This document shows positions 1 through 11,806 of a stretch of 44,321 bases of DNA, one piece after another (position 1 is the stretch's first letter; each line of letters starts with the position of its first letter). The DNA is taken from the NCBI GenBank assembly GCA_051942245.1, contig JAVECL010000144.1:1-44321 (forward strand). Direction: 5' to 3'. A program made the position numbers and the translations under genes. The notes beneath the pieces are model-generated. The model was not told the DNA's origin. It did no database searches and worked only from the letters and a program-made list of their open reading frames with translations. The stretch comes from Trypethelium eluteriae. Lineage: Eukaryota.

Positions 1-1732
1 AGGTGGTGTTGAGGACGGGGGGGTTCGGAAGGCCGAGTGGAGACGGGGTCGGGTGGCGTTGGTGTTGTTGTGGGAGTGGGTACTGAGAGGAGGAGCTGGG
101 TGCTGGCGACGGGGTGCCTGAGGCCCATGGGTTTTTGGGGAGGGAGAGAGCGGACTCGTAGTCGAGACTGGGACCGCGGCTGTCGTCATGGGCCGAAAGA
201 GGGGTGGAGGGTTCGGAAGGAGAGGGAGCGCGTGCTAGCTCAGAGGTGATAGAGACGGCGTATTCGGGAGCGGAATGCATGCGTGGCATTGCGGGAGCGT
301 GTCTGTCTTCGGGGAGATCGGTAGTAGAGAAGCCCTTTTGAGAGCCACTGGCATAGCTGGGTTTTCGTCTTGGCTGGTCGTATTGTGCAACAGTGTTTTG
401 GAATCGTTCTTCGTCTACGAGATTGATAGCGTTTTCATCTTCGCCAAGCTCCTCATCTTCAGACCCCTTTCCTCGGCCACTTGTGATTAACCACACTCCT
501 AAAAAGGTCAGAGCGCATCCACCAAAGAACTTTGCGGCATCCTCTGCGGAACGATTCTCGAAGTCGCGGTACAAGATAGCACTGCCAAGAATGACGAAAA
601 GCGTAAACATGACAAATTGCGTAGGGATGACCTGTGTCGAGTCGAATCGTTGCAGTGCTCGGTTGACGTATTTCACCTGCATAATCGCGGTGAAGATGAG
701 TATTGCTAGGAGTAAATAGGTGACAGGAAATGTGACCACCATCCATAATCGGTACGATAGAAGGGAAGCAATGCCCTTGGTCGACAATGCTGTATATCCG
801 CCTAATAATGATGTTAGCCAAGAGCTTTAAGATTTTCAGCAGGAATATCTACCAAAAAGTCCAACGAGTCCAAGGTCGATCAGAATCGTTTTATCGCCGT
901 ACTTTTTACTCAGTGTAGCCAGCAGAATGATACAAAAAAGCGTGATGCCGAGGTATGTCTCAAACTCCCATCTCTTAATCAGGTCCCAAATCTGGTCAGG
1001 ACCCAGCTTGGGATCGCTGCTTTCTGCACTTAATACTACGGTGACAGCACCTCCAATGGCAACAAGGACTCCAAGAGCATCTCGAGCTCGAAACCGTTCC
1101 TTAAGCATGAATGGCGCAATGATGCAGTTCGATATCAATGCCACAACCCCCAAGGGTGAAACGATGGATGCAGGAGCAAATCCGTATGCCAGAAAGTTTC
1201 CTGCTTCGCCAGTGGTGATCATGACCAGTCCAGCCCACCAATAGGGAGACTTCAGATAAGATTTGCTTTGCACACTGTCTTGCTTCTCATTTCCGCGAAT
1301 CGTAGAGCCTGAACCCACAGAAGCTCGACGATTCTTTGTCTGTGGTAAAAGCTGATCTGTCTCAATATCCCGCCTGTATCCATCATTGAGCCCATTCGAG
1401 ACCCTCGTATTTCCCCTCACACTGCTGTTTAATCGTTCGCGCTCCTGAGCAACGTCATCTTGCTGTGTCCCATAACCCGGTGCTCCACCATCCTTTCCCT
1501 TCAATCTCCTCCTCTCCTCCTCATCCCTCTCTCGCTCGAGTCGTATATGTGCATAACGTTGGGTATTGAGGGCAAACGATATCAGGATATTCCCACAGAT
1601 CGCCGTGACAATGCCAATGAAAGACGACCAATCGCCCGCGTTGGCGTCTTTATCGTTGAGGAACGTGAAGCCCGGAAACGACCTAGTGTAAATGATGGGT
1701 CTTCCCAGATGATTGGAATCAGGAAGGTACAT
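1..1732 (-). CDS. NIPA/DUF803-family magnesium transporter (drug/metabolite transporter superfamily), 3' end beyond the window
   Basis: ATG at 1732 (MYLPDSNH). NIPA motifs GIVTAICGNILISFALNTQRYAH, YLKSPYWWAG, GEAGNFLAYGFAPASIVSPLG. Intron 852-802 (GTAGAT...GCTAAC...TTAG) restores GLFGGYTALSTKGIASLL...YVNRALQRFDSTQVIPTQFV. Confidence 0.9.
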
Positions 1733-2763
1733 CGCGCGCGCTATTGGGAGGAAAGAAGGCGAGTCCGAGTCTGCATGTGCGTGCTGGTGGTCGGTCGAGG
1801 TTTGCTTGGAAAGCCAGATGACCACTTTGCGTGATCTGCAGCTGGGGGTCCCTTGACCTGGCCGCCGGCGACGAGTGCCCTAATTCAGGCGTTTGTGAGG
1901 GCTACCGAGGACATACATTTGTATAGCGGGGGTTAAAGATTACAGGTGTCAAGTATAGTGCTGGGAGAAATGTTGGTTTTGAGCATCCTTCGGGACGCCG
2001 CCTGCGCATGTCTTGCATCTCAAGTCCCTGCTTAGCGCGCGTCCGGCTTTGTTCATGCAAGGTGACGAACTACGTATGGCTAGACTCAAAGATCCTCAAC
2101 GATTGGCTTACGCTGTGCCGTTCAGACTCGCTCATGCTATCAACCCTTTGAGTGGTCGAACAAAGTTCCTCCTTGAAGACGGTCGTTAGTCGTGATTCAT
2201 TAGTATACAACGCCATAAGTGGGACTCCTTCCATCTACACTGCGTATCAACTATGATAACTATTGAGTTCAAGCTACTGGTCTCATTAAGGCTTTGCTGT
2301 TTGACCAGAAAATTCACCTATAGCCTACCGACCAGTACTTCGTGGGGTGCGGACGGATATCAGCACTTTCATTCGCGTCCGTATGTGAAGCCATGTCCAA
2401 GATCGGTCGCAAACAAATAGTAAGAAAGGCACCATGATGCCACTTAAGTCTGCATTCATTCTTCGTAACTGGGTCTCTTCTCACTAGATCTCATGGAATT
2501 TGGAGTGTGTCATCAGCAGCCTTCTATGATAACGGGTAGCTAAGCGTTAAAACTTGGTTAGATGTGGTGTCTGCACTAGTCTATCGCATATCAGAACCTG
2601 AAATAACGTTTCACAAAAGAGTGCTTTGACTACATGTCGCTCCGTACTAATCGAGTTGCAGCTTTTTCTTATCTCGCCTGAGAGGTTTGAGCTCGCTTCA
2701 AGTATTACTCAGCGCTCACTATCTGCCAAAGATCATGTTGTCAAGCCCTGCAATCTGTCGTGC

Positions 2764-4327
2764 TCAGGAAGGACGGGCAAATAGCCTAGCGCCATACTCA
2801 TACAGGGTATGCCAGTGCGCTCTAATATCCACTCTTTCCGGAAAAGTGGAATGGAGCCAGAGATACGCAAGTATTAAATCGACCACGAGTCGTATCGGAA
2901 AGTACATTACCCCGAGACGGTTGGCAAAACTTGCGCCGAAAACGCTTGATATGAAAGCACGACAGACGAAGACAAGGGTCAAGCCAGTCAGTCGAGCGAT
3001 GTTCCTATCCGCAGTTCCAGGATATGCGACTTCGGCTGGTCGGCCGTTACCGCTATTTATTAATGACACCACAACTGATATCTTCTCATCTACCTGCCGA
3101 CTCTGATCCTTTACGACTGTAGACTTTCTTCTATAGTAATCCAGCAAAAGCGAGAGAGACCTTTCCGGTAAAGAGTTCGAGGCGTTGTTTGAGTAGAGGA
3201 AATCTAATGTCGCCTCAATATCCTGCCGGGCTGTTGCGAAGCGGCGACCCCAGAATCGCAAGGCATTGAGATCAGAGCGTAATTCATTTCGTTCGTGGTC
3301 CGTGCTAAGAAGGTCGGGACTTGAGTATTCATACTGCATGATGCTGGATCGCATCACGTCAATATATCTAACCCACTCTTTGGCAACGATCTGAAGCGGG
3401 CAGCATGCAAGAGACCAGAGTGTTGGGTTCTTTCGATCAAACTGAAGAGCCTCCTGATTCCAGCTGCATGTAAGAGCATCTAGTAAACCAAGGCCATGAT
3501 GTTCCGTGTGTGCATTGGTTCCGGCAAAATTACAAATGTCTCGATAATCAAGAAGCGGCTGCGACGGCAAATCGATGATTCTCTGGTTCCCATTTTCATC
3601 AGCGTCGTACAGATACCTTTCCCTTCCCTCAATAGGCCGATCCACTAAGACAATACCTGTCCAGTCATTAGTCAAAGATAGGGTTGAAACTCGTCCAGGA
3701 GAGCTACCCACATAGCCAACGCCCTGAGTCCGTTCTCGTGCGTAACATGGAAATGCATTGGTGTGCGAGACTGATATAAGAGCTTTCCAACTCCAGTAGC
3801 CCTATGATCTCCCGTTTCACATGAGCCTTTCGCAGCATATCCTTTCTCGGAGGGTTTTCAGGGAAAGACACTAGTCGATGATAGTGAACGTTCGTGAAAT
3901 CATGTGACTCCGTTCTCGGCAGCGGCTCTGCATCATCTGGAGTTGGAACTACTCCGAGAGACTTAGATGGTGAAGAAATGTGCGAGGCGAAGAACATTGG
4001 GTCCACTTCCAACACAGACCATACGTGATCGATAACACTTGGAGTGGGATCTTCAATGATCAACAGCCTTCCAAGGAACGTGCAATCTTCACCTTCCGGG
4101 CATATATTGTTGCGGGTCGTAAAGTGAGTGCCCCGTAGCTTAGATTCAAGTTGATCTTCTTCAATTTCTTCTCGTAAATTTAAAATTCTTGTCTCGGAAA
4201 AGTCCGAAACGTGGATCCGACAGCGTGACCTCCTCGACGGTGGATTCGAGAGATATTCATCTAGATTTTTGAGGCACGGATTTCGGTTGCTTTGAGAACT
4301 CACGTACTGCCGGTATCGCTGTGCCAT
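2764..4327 (-). CDS. Divergent fungal CorA-like (Mg2+ transporter-like) protein, about 502 aa, 2 exons
   Basis: Two ORFs joined in frame by intron 3711-3657 (GTGGGT...GACTAAT...ACAG), giving WLC|IVLVD. N-terminal GRLLIIED...DPMFFASHI and C-terminal RLTGLTLVF...FISSVFG plus a second hydrophobic helix resemble fungal CorA-like proteins. The canonical GMN motif is absent. Confidence 0.65.
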
Positions 4328-6501
4328 AACTCAGACTCTGCTTAGTTGAGCTGTGCCAGATGACTAGGATGAGGCTCACTATATATCTTCTTTCCAGACA
4401 GTTTTGCCGAGGCAAACGTTGATTGACGGTCTCTGCAGCTCGCTTTGGAGCACACATGTGCAGGCAAGAGCACGCCGAGTCCTCAGAAGGATGGCCTCGA
4501 GAGACATTTGCCCGGTTGCCTGAGATAGTCTCTACCCACCCGTGGCACCATGCATAAGATGCAAGGCGTACTTCGCCCTCCGCTGAATGATTGCCAGCCT
4601 CCCTGTACAGATGTCGACCTTGATCCTATTAGCGAGCAGGGTCTATTACTGGCCATGCCGGAATGTCAGATCTACTACATCCTCTGTAGGCATAACCAAG
4701 CATTTATGGATCTAAGTCTTGGTCTAGGCTAATTCCTGCGGATAATGTACAGAAGCATCTCTGCAACCACGATTCTCTGTGCAATATTCTCGGAAGATAG
4801 ACCAGTAGGATGCCCTCCCCTATCAACGGTATTTGTCCAGCGAGTCACGTTTGCTAAAACATGAGGACATGTTTTCCCGTCTGAGCAGCGACCATGGGAC
4901 ACACGGCAAATAAATTTGCAGTTGCCAAGGCAGGCCATTTCCCTGCCCAGAGGCAGGCAGTGCTGAAGTCGGGCGTCCATAGTATTGCGTGAAAGGCTCA
5001 CTGCCTTGAATCCGTCCTATCTTCCCGATATGGGAAATCAGTGCTTGCAACGTAGCATATCAATTTGCAATTTTTGAAAAAAAAAGAAATCAAAAAATTT
5101 TTTGGGCGTCGATGCATACTGCATTGTTCTTCCATTCCGCTGGTGAGGCTTACACACCCTTTAAATGGTGTTGAGAGTCTGGGAGGGAAGTCGTAGCCTA
5201 GAAGCGTCTACCCACACGCGACGGAAATCAAAAGCGCCCCAAGAGCCCAGAATCGGCCTTGTCCAATGTTGAAGGGCCACGGAGCAAGGCGTTTCCAGCA
5301 TACATGCATGGCTTGAGTTCATGTGTCTTGCTATCAAAAAGTGGCACGAGACTCCCACGCCCACTAGTCTCTTCTGCAAATCGAAGTCCCTCACTCAGCT
5401 CCATCGAAGCGCAAGGTAGTAGCAATTCGTTCGTGGACCGCTTTCGGAGATTCGGACGGTTCGGCTCCCGCGTTTGGAATTGTCAGCTATCCAGGCGTTC
5501 GTACATGTAGGCTGCAGTCAGGTAATAAGGTTGATCCTTGGAAGATGTAGGCAAATGAGGCATTGAAGTAGCTGGCAAGATCACCGGCGCCACTGACGCC
5601 AATGACCTCCACGTTTGAAACGCGATCAATCTCCTGTTCGTACATTCATCTAATTACGGAATTGAAAGATATATAGCTCGCGTTTTGAGATTAGGAATCT
5701 CTGCCGAAGGCGAATGGAACATCATGAAGCGGTAATCTATCGGCGGAGCAAGCTTGGGTCACATTCGAGCATTAAGAGCCTTGGGTGTATACGGCGTAAG
5801 CAAGTTTTCCTCCTGGGACTGATGGAGCCTGCGAAGGCTGGTCTGTCCGCCTCGCATGGACATTTGATGAAGCTTTTAACATGATTGCTTCTGGCTTTGC
5901 ACAGTTTTCCCATTGGATACAGTTCACATTCTTGCGCCGCATGTCAAGATGACTCTTTGTGTTACAATGAGGCAATGAGTGCAAGCGGCTGAGATCGGAA
6001 GCTGGGAGGAGGATACTTGGGTGGTTCACTATGTATCTGGATTAGGTAAGTAAGGCTACTGTAGCTGATGCCACTACCTAACCACGGGTGGCTTACTGTA
6101 CGTCATCCTTGGCTTGAGAATTCGGCACGCGCTAAGATCATCGCTTGCAATACCTTGACCGCTTATTGCCATATCTCAACTCTAGTAGGTAGGCTGAAAC
6201 GTAGACTAAGAGCGAAGAAGTCTGATGCATGTTCTACGTTCTTCGATCTCTTATTCATGAGCGGAGGAAAAGTAGAAGAATGCCTTTCATGACAAATATC
6301 GACAGACCACAAGTCTGCCTTTTCCTCGTAGCTGAGGAAACCCACTAACAGGCGCAGTCATGATTGAGCCTCCGCCGACTGCATGATCGACGATCAGAAC
6401 TGTCCAGAAATGCAACGCATATGCACCTCAACCTCTAGAAGACTGGACCTTTGGTCTAAGCAAGTCCGTACTGGGTTCCAAGCGGCCTTGCCCCAGGCCT
6501 C

Positions 6502-8268
6502 TCAGGTTTTCTGCTTTTTCTTTTCAGGGGCCTTGTCACCCTCGTCATCACTAAATTCCGCATATATAGTCTTAGGCTGCGTAGTTTTCCACGCATTTGT
6601 AAATAATGGGTCATTCTTTGCCTTATCCGCGTACTTCAGCAGCGCTTCTCGAGGATCTTCATCACGCATGGAGCTTAGCGGTATATTTGCCATAATGTGC
6701 TTCTCATCCGGATTATTCTTCGCAAACGGCGTAGATTGAGGGATATGTGGCCGTCGAGGATCTCGCGATCTGCCCGAATAAGTGAGTCCCACAGTCGGAT
6801 GCCGAGCCGCGAAACTACCAGGTGGCGCTCGATCCCCCGGTGTGGCAGCGCTATCGCCTGAGATGCCTTGCGACAAGTCCATAGTGAGATTGGGGTCATC
6901 GTCGATGTGTCTCCGCTTCGGTGCTTTAGACATGACCAATTTTGCGCCGCCACTAGAGAGATTCGGGTTGTAAAGGACATGCGTCTCGGCATTAGCTGAC
7001 CCAGTGATAATTTGATTCAACTTCTCGTGCCAGAGAACAGTGATTAGAGCTGAGCCTGGAGTGACTGGAGTGATTAGCTCTGGCTTGAGGGTTGCTGGGT
7101 TAAGAATATGTAGAGAACCGTCCTCGGATCCTGTGATGACGTTTGAGCCTGTCGGCGAGAACTGAATATTAGTAGTTGGGTATTGTAAGAAGGTTGACTG
7201 GTGCTGGGCTGTATTAAGGGGTTGCTTGAACTTCCTAGTGTCCCAAAGTTTGATGGTATTGTCACCGCCTCTTGTCACTACAAGTCTACCATCTGGACTT
7301 ACGTCAATACCCCCAGTCCACGTATCAGGAACATGAGCGTTCCGAACTTCTCCAGCTGGCCTACTGTATGGCCCGTCACCACTCCACATAGCCAAACTTC
7401 CGTCCAAGGCTGCCGACACAAGGATGTTGTTCCCTCCTTGCCGTGGAGAGGCCCATACCACAGCTGTCATTCTAGTGCGCCCTGCTGATCCTGCTGCTCT
7501 TGACTTGTGGACTATGACTTCTTTTTGAGACCGTTGTTCATTGACATCCCATATCCGAAGTGTGCTATCAGTCCCAGCTGTGACGCACTGATTCCGATTT
7601 GTCGGATGCCATGTACCTGTTGTAATTTCTGAAATATGGCCTTTGGTATTATGCATGTCTCGCAGGTACATATCCCCTTTGACAAATTGTGTTTCCATCT
7701 CGCCATCGCGGGTGAAGATCTTAGCCTGTGGAAGAGCAGTGATGACAAGGACTTGACTAGGTGATAGGGGATTGAAAACTGCATGGTGCACAGGATGAGT
7801 CTCAACGTTTGTAGAGTGCTTGGAAGCTGTTGGATCAACGGATTTGAAGGCCCGCACGGTCGTAGGTGTCCACGAAGCGAAATCGTGTATTTTGAGAGTG
7901 CAGTCGGTCGAGCCTGTAATCATTCGAGTACCGGAAGGATCCAAAGTGATAGTTGTCACTGCTCGTTCGTGAGTCTTGACAAGAAGCTCGTGGGATACCG
8001 GAAACTCGTCGTCCTCTTCCTCATCGTCGTCGTCATCGTCATCGTCGTCCTCGCTTCGCTCCGCAGCATTGTCGCTATCTTCGTAAGCTGCGCTTTCTCC
8101 GGAGCTTTTTGAGGAGCCTTTCGCGTCTGGGCCCGACGCTGCTGCAGGCTGTCTTTTGCTCCGATCAACCTGGGCCTCGATATTCGCATCTCTTGATTTC
8201 TTGCCGAACGAGGAGGTACCCAGATACTTGCGCAAAGCCTCCTCGTCCCCCGAGACATCCCCTTCCAT
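6502..8268 (-). CDS. WD40-repeat protein, WDR70/GAD-1 family, 588 aa, single exon
   Basis: Motifs FVKGDMYLRDMHNTKGHISEIT, TRGGDNTIKLWDTRKFKQPL and C-terminal EDPREALLKYA...NAWKTTQPKTIY are typical of WDR70 orthologues. Acidic tract near the N-terminus. Confidence 0.9.
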   Translation of the reverse strand: MEGDVSGDEEALRKYLGTSSFGKKSRDANIEAQVDRSKRQPAAASGPDAKGSSKSSGESAAYEDSDNAAERSEDDDDDDDDDEEEDDEFPVSHELLVKTHERAVTTITLDPSGTRMITGSTDCTLKIHDFASWTPTTVRAFKSVDPTASKHSTNVETHPVHHAVFNPLSPSQVLVITALPQAKIFTRDGEMETQFVKGDMYLRDMHNTKGHISEITTGTWHPTNRNQCVTAGTDSTLRIWDVNEQRSQKEVIVHKSRAAGSAGRTRMTAVVWASPRQGGNNILVSAALDGSLAMWSGDGPYSRPAGEVRNAHVPDTWTGGIDVSPDGRLVVTRGGDNTIKLWDTRKFKQPLNTAQHQSTFLQYPTTNIQFSPTGSNVITGSEDGSLHILNPATLKPELITPVTPGSALITVLWHEKLNQIITGSANAETHVLYNPNLSSGGAKLVMSKAPKRRHIDDDPNLTMDLSQGISGDSAATPGDRAPPGSFAARHPTVGLTYSGRSRDPRRPHIPQSTPFAKNNPDEKHIMANIPLSSMRDEDPREALLKYADKAKNDPLFTNAWKTTQPKTIYAEFSDDEGDKAPEKKKQKT

Positions 8269-9084
8269 CTTTGCGACAGCCGCGAGCTTCGTGAAATAGG
8301 TTGATCAAAGTCAACGGTCGATGAAATAGAGATATTGCTAAAACTCGGCCCGCTCGGCGCCCCTGCACCGCGGTCTAGCTTCGAAAAGATGGCACGGATT
8401 ATTGGAAGAGCAATACTTCAGTGGCATGTACTCCGTGAACCCTCAAAGACGTATACTTGGTGATGCCAGATCAAACGTGATCTCTGGTCCGGCAATTCAA
8501 TTAGTCATGTCTCTTACGATATTTGATTGAGCGTTTTTGGGCCCGGTGCATTGCTGGTGAATTTAAGAGAAGTCTTCTAACTCCGTACTCTGCAAGGGCA
8601 AGTGCCAATTTTGCGTCGCCGTAGTTAGTAAATGAACTATGCTGCACGGAGTATTTTCGGATAAAACTTCACCGAGCAGGGCACCCGTGGCATCCTTCAC
8701 GTACCTAAGGTGAGATAAGGACTTGTAAACCCGGCTTTCCATTCTCTCTTTCTCTCCTCCACATAGACCTTGCGGGCACAGCCTTCACGTGTCAATTAAA
8801 GCTCACTTTGTGCAGAGCAAAGCAGATATCGAAACGGAACCTCAATATCTATCAATTTGCATGCCCCCATTATTTGGCTATCTTCCCGCATCGCTTTGAT
8901 TTTTAGACTTAACCACACCTGGTCTGAGGATGGAAATCACACTGTTTGCGGAACCTTTAGGAAACTTCCTGGATACCATGTAAAAACTTTTTAAGATGAT
9001 AGAAATTCAGTGCCAGCCGTTATGCATCGAATACATTTTGATATCCTTCCTTCAGGTGGTGTCATCATGCAAAAAACTTATGGG

Positions 9085-9402
9085 TCAAGAGACGAATGCG
9101 AGAATCGGGTCTTCCGCCATCCTCCAAGAGTAATCCATTATCGTACCAGATATTAGACTCGTGGCTGCGGTAGCGAGGTCCGTTGCCCATGATTCTACGG
9201 CAATAGCCATGGCACTGACAATGTTATCTCCGATGGTGGAAGTGAGAGCAAAAAAGAACGTGAGGAGAGCAAAATTTACTCGAGGCACTGCTGAAAATGA
9301 TATCCAAATTAGCAGATCCAAAAGTGCTATCAGGAGTGTATTTCTGGAGTTATATAGTAAACCATAAAATGAAGTCAATGATAGATACCCGGATACGGAC
9401 AT
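9085..9402 (-). CDS. Possible small hydrophobic orphan protein (about 105 aa)
   Basis: ATG at 9402; two hydrophobic stretches (LLIALLDLLIWISF, FALLTFFFAL). No family recognised; may be non-coding. Confidence 0.2.
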   Translation of the reverse strand: MSVSGYLSLTSFYGLLYNSRNTLLIALLDLLIWISFSAVPRVNFALLTFFFALTSTIGDNIVSAMAIAVESWATDLATAATSLISGTIMDYSWRMAEDPILAFVS

Positions 9403-9751
9403 CACACTATTCTGCTTGGCGACCTATTGTGGCTATAGCTTCGACATCCATACAACACCTTCACGGCTCTCATCCTCCGCCCGGGCTAGCAGTCTTTCCC
9501 GATGCCCCTAATCAGATTCACCGAAGCAGCTGATGATCTCTTCATTCACGAGATATAAACTAGGCCGAGCGAAGAAAAGGTAGGCATCGGGTGTTCGCTG
9601 CCGATCAGAGTAAACATTTTTGTATCCTCCATCTTCACAGTGTGTTCGAGCTCAGCGGGCAGCTCACCAGCTTCACACAAGACCATTCCTATCCCGCGAG
9701 AAGAGCCCTCAATGTAGAGTCTCATATTCCACCTTGCCCCCTGTTCTACCA

Positions 9752-10534
9752 TCAAAACAAAACGCCCTTCGTACTCGGCACCTCGCCCTGCCTCCCTGTC
9801 CTCTGCGTCGCCATCCGCACCGCCACCGCCAACGCCTTGAACGCGCTCTCCGCCCGATGGTGATCGTTGTCGCCCCTCTCGCAATCCACATGCAGCGTGA
9901 CGCCGGCGCCTTGCGCAAAGCTCTGCAGGCAGTGGGGGAGCATCTCGGTGCTCAGGTCGCCGAGCTTCTCGCGCCGGAGGCCGAGGTTGATGACGGAGTA
10001 GGGGCGGTTCGAGAGGTCGATGACGGCGCGGGAGAGGGCTTCGTCGAGGGGCGCGAAGGCGAAGCCGAAGCGGGCGAGGCCGGCGGTGGTGCCAAGGGCG
10101 GATTTGAAGGCGGTGCCGAGAGCGATGAAGGTGTCTTCGGCACTGTGATGGTCATCGACTGTTGAGGAGGAGTAGTTAGTAATTAGTCGGTGGAGAGGGA
10201 TTGAGAGTGGAGGTTAGGAGAAGGAATGAAGAGGTGGTTGGGGGAAGGAACACGTACTGTGAAGGTCACCGCGCGTTCGTAGGTAGAGACTCCAGCCTGC
10301 GTGTTTGGCAAGAGCATGGAGCATGTGATCTAGAAAGCCAATGCCAGTATCGACGTCTATTTGCTGGCTCTTGGAATTCTGTGTAGCGTGTGTATTTTGT
10401 TCCCCATTGACAGTCGCTCCTTCCGCATTCTCCAGCTGTGGTAATTCTCCACCGTCCAGATTCAGTGCAAGTCGTATCTTCGTCTCGTTGGTATCGCGGT
10501 TAATGATAGCCTTCCTACTCGATTGAGACATCAT
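9752..10534 (-). CDS. HIS3: Imidazoleglycerol-phosphate dehydratase, 227 aa, 2 exons
   Basis: [28 protein letters not shown]. Intron 10257-10159 (GTACGT...CTAAC...CAG) gives [13 protein letters not shown]. Also [43 protein letters not shown]. Confidence 0.97.
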
Positions 10535-10689
10535 GATGTAGCGCGCGATTGACCTTTTTCAGACCCGAAATTTTCAAAAGTTCATTGAGTCTTCGAAAAC
10601 CCATCGTACCCACCAAGGTCCTCGGGGTCGGGCCCCTGCAGTCAAACGTCAAATCCCTTATCGATAAGGACCCATCGTAGCAGAAAAAG
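10535..10689. promoter_or_regulatory. Compact bidirectional promoter region between HIS3 and RPC19
   Basis: Only 155 bp separate the two divergent first ATGs. Contains an RRPE-like GAAATTTTCA at 10567-10576. Confidence 0.55.
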
Positions 10690-11655
10690 ATGGCTCGCCG
10701 CGACGCGCCAATGAGCCAAGAGTCGTTCAGAAGTCTTGTGAGAGACTCTGCTCTGTCGATGAACATGGATACTCAGGAAACAGAGAGTCAAATAGACGAA
10801 CCTATAATGTCCCAAGGTTCTCAGGATAGAGCCATGTCAAACACACCGGATGCTGGAGTAGAAGTCCCTATGTCGTCCGCGCTTGTGGCAGAGGAAAATT
10901 CGCCTTTACCTTCGACGCCAACGGCAAGAAAGGAGACAGAAGGGGAGGAGGACACAGTGCTGGAGACGCCAAGACAAGATACTTCGCAAACCACAATGGG
11001 TGACGATGAAGGTCAGGCAGACGTCGCAGCCGAGCAGACAAATGGCGAACAAGCAAATGGGATCAAAAAGAAAGAGCGCCCAGCATTTAATCCTTACGAC
11101 ACAGCACCCATTATTCCCAGAAGCCCGCTAGAAATTGGCTTGGACGAGCAACGACTGCGCGTGGTGTGTACCATACAGGAAAGGCATGGTATCTCAAGAA
11201 TCATAACTAACGTGTGATAAGTTACCTGGCTCCCTCGATGATGCAGCATCATTCGAGTTCTTGCACGAGGATCATACGCTTGGCAATGCGTTGCGGCATG
11301 TCATTATGAAAAAGTACGTCAATTCAAAAAGACTGTTTTCTTTCAAGGCTTATTAGGCTGGATGGGAGCTTTTCTAACTTGATTTACAGCCCTGCAGTCG
11401 AGCTTGCCGGATACACAATCCCACATCCCTCAGAATCGAAGATGCATCTCCGGATCCAGATGTATGGTAAGCGTTGTAGCCGAATAGAAAAACTTTCCAC
11501 TCATACTTACGTACACAGACGGCGCAAGCGCGTACGATGCATTGGAGCAAGGCATTGATGACCTTGATGACATGTGTGATGAGATCCTCAAGAAATTCGA
11601 GGCAGCCAAGGAGGAATTTATGGATGTGGAGGAGCAGACGCAAGCAAGTACTTGA
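10690..11655 (+). CDS. RPC19: RNA polymerase I/III shared subunit AC19 (RPAC2), about 259 aa, 4 exons
   Basis: Introns 11164-11221, 11314-11389 and 11467-11518 give LPGSLDDAASFEFLHEDHTLGNALRHVIMKNPAVELAGYTIPHPSESKMHLRIQ (RPB11/AC19 signature). The start codon is uncertain because there are several in-frame Mets. Confidence 0.92.
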
Positions 11656-11806
11656 ATTGGTGATACCCTTTCTGCGTGGCTTTGGAGTTCAAGAGGTCTC
11701 GAAATTCGGGCACGGAAGCATAGTATGGCGCACGCATCGTAGAAGGCTTAGAAATGGCTTGATTGTGATATATATACACAGGCGATTTTGACGATCTAAT
11801 TCGATA

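Noticed and set aside
3657..3711. Frameshift or pseudogene break between two ORFs
   Set aside because: Explained by a canonical 55-nt intron.
6163..6345. Kinase-like fragment (YEEKADLWSV)
   Set aside because: No other kinase subdomains in any nearby frame; lies just downstream of the WDR70 stop; probably chance.
4400..6450. Short ORFs and an A/T-tract inverted repeat near 5069-5103
   Set aside because: No recognisable protein or element ends; consistent with ordinary intergenic DNA.
9546..10165. ORFs 9546-9884, 9620-10165 and similar
   Set aside because: Alternative-frame or antisense shadows of the GC-rich HIS3 exon 2.
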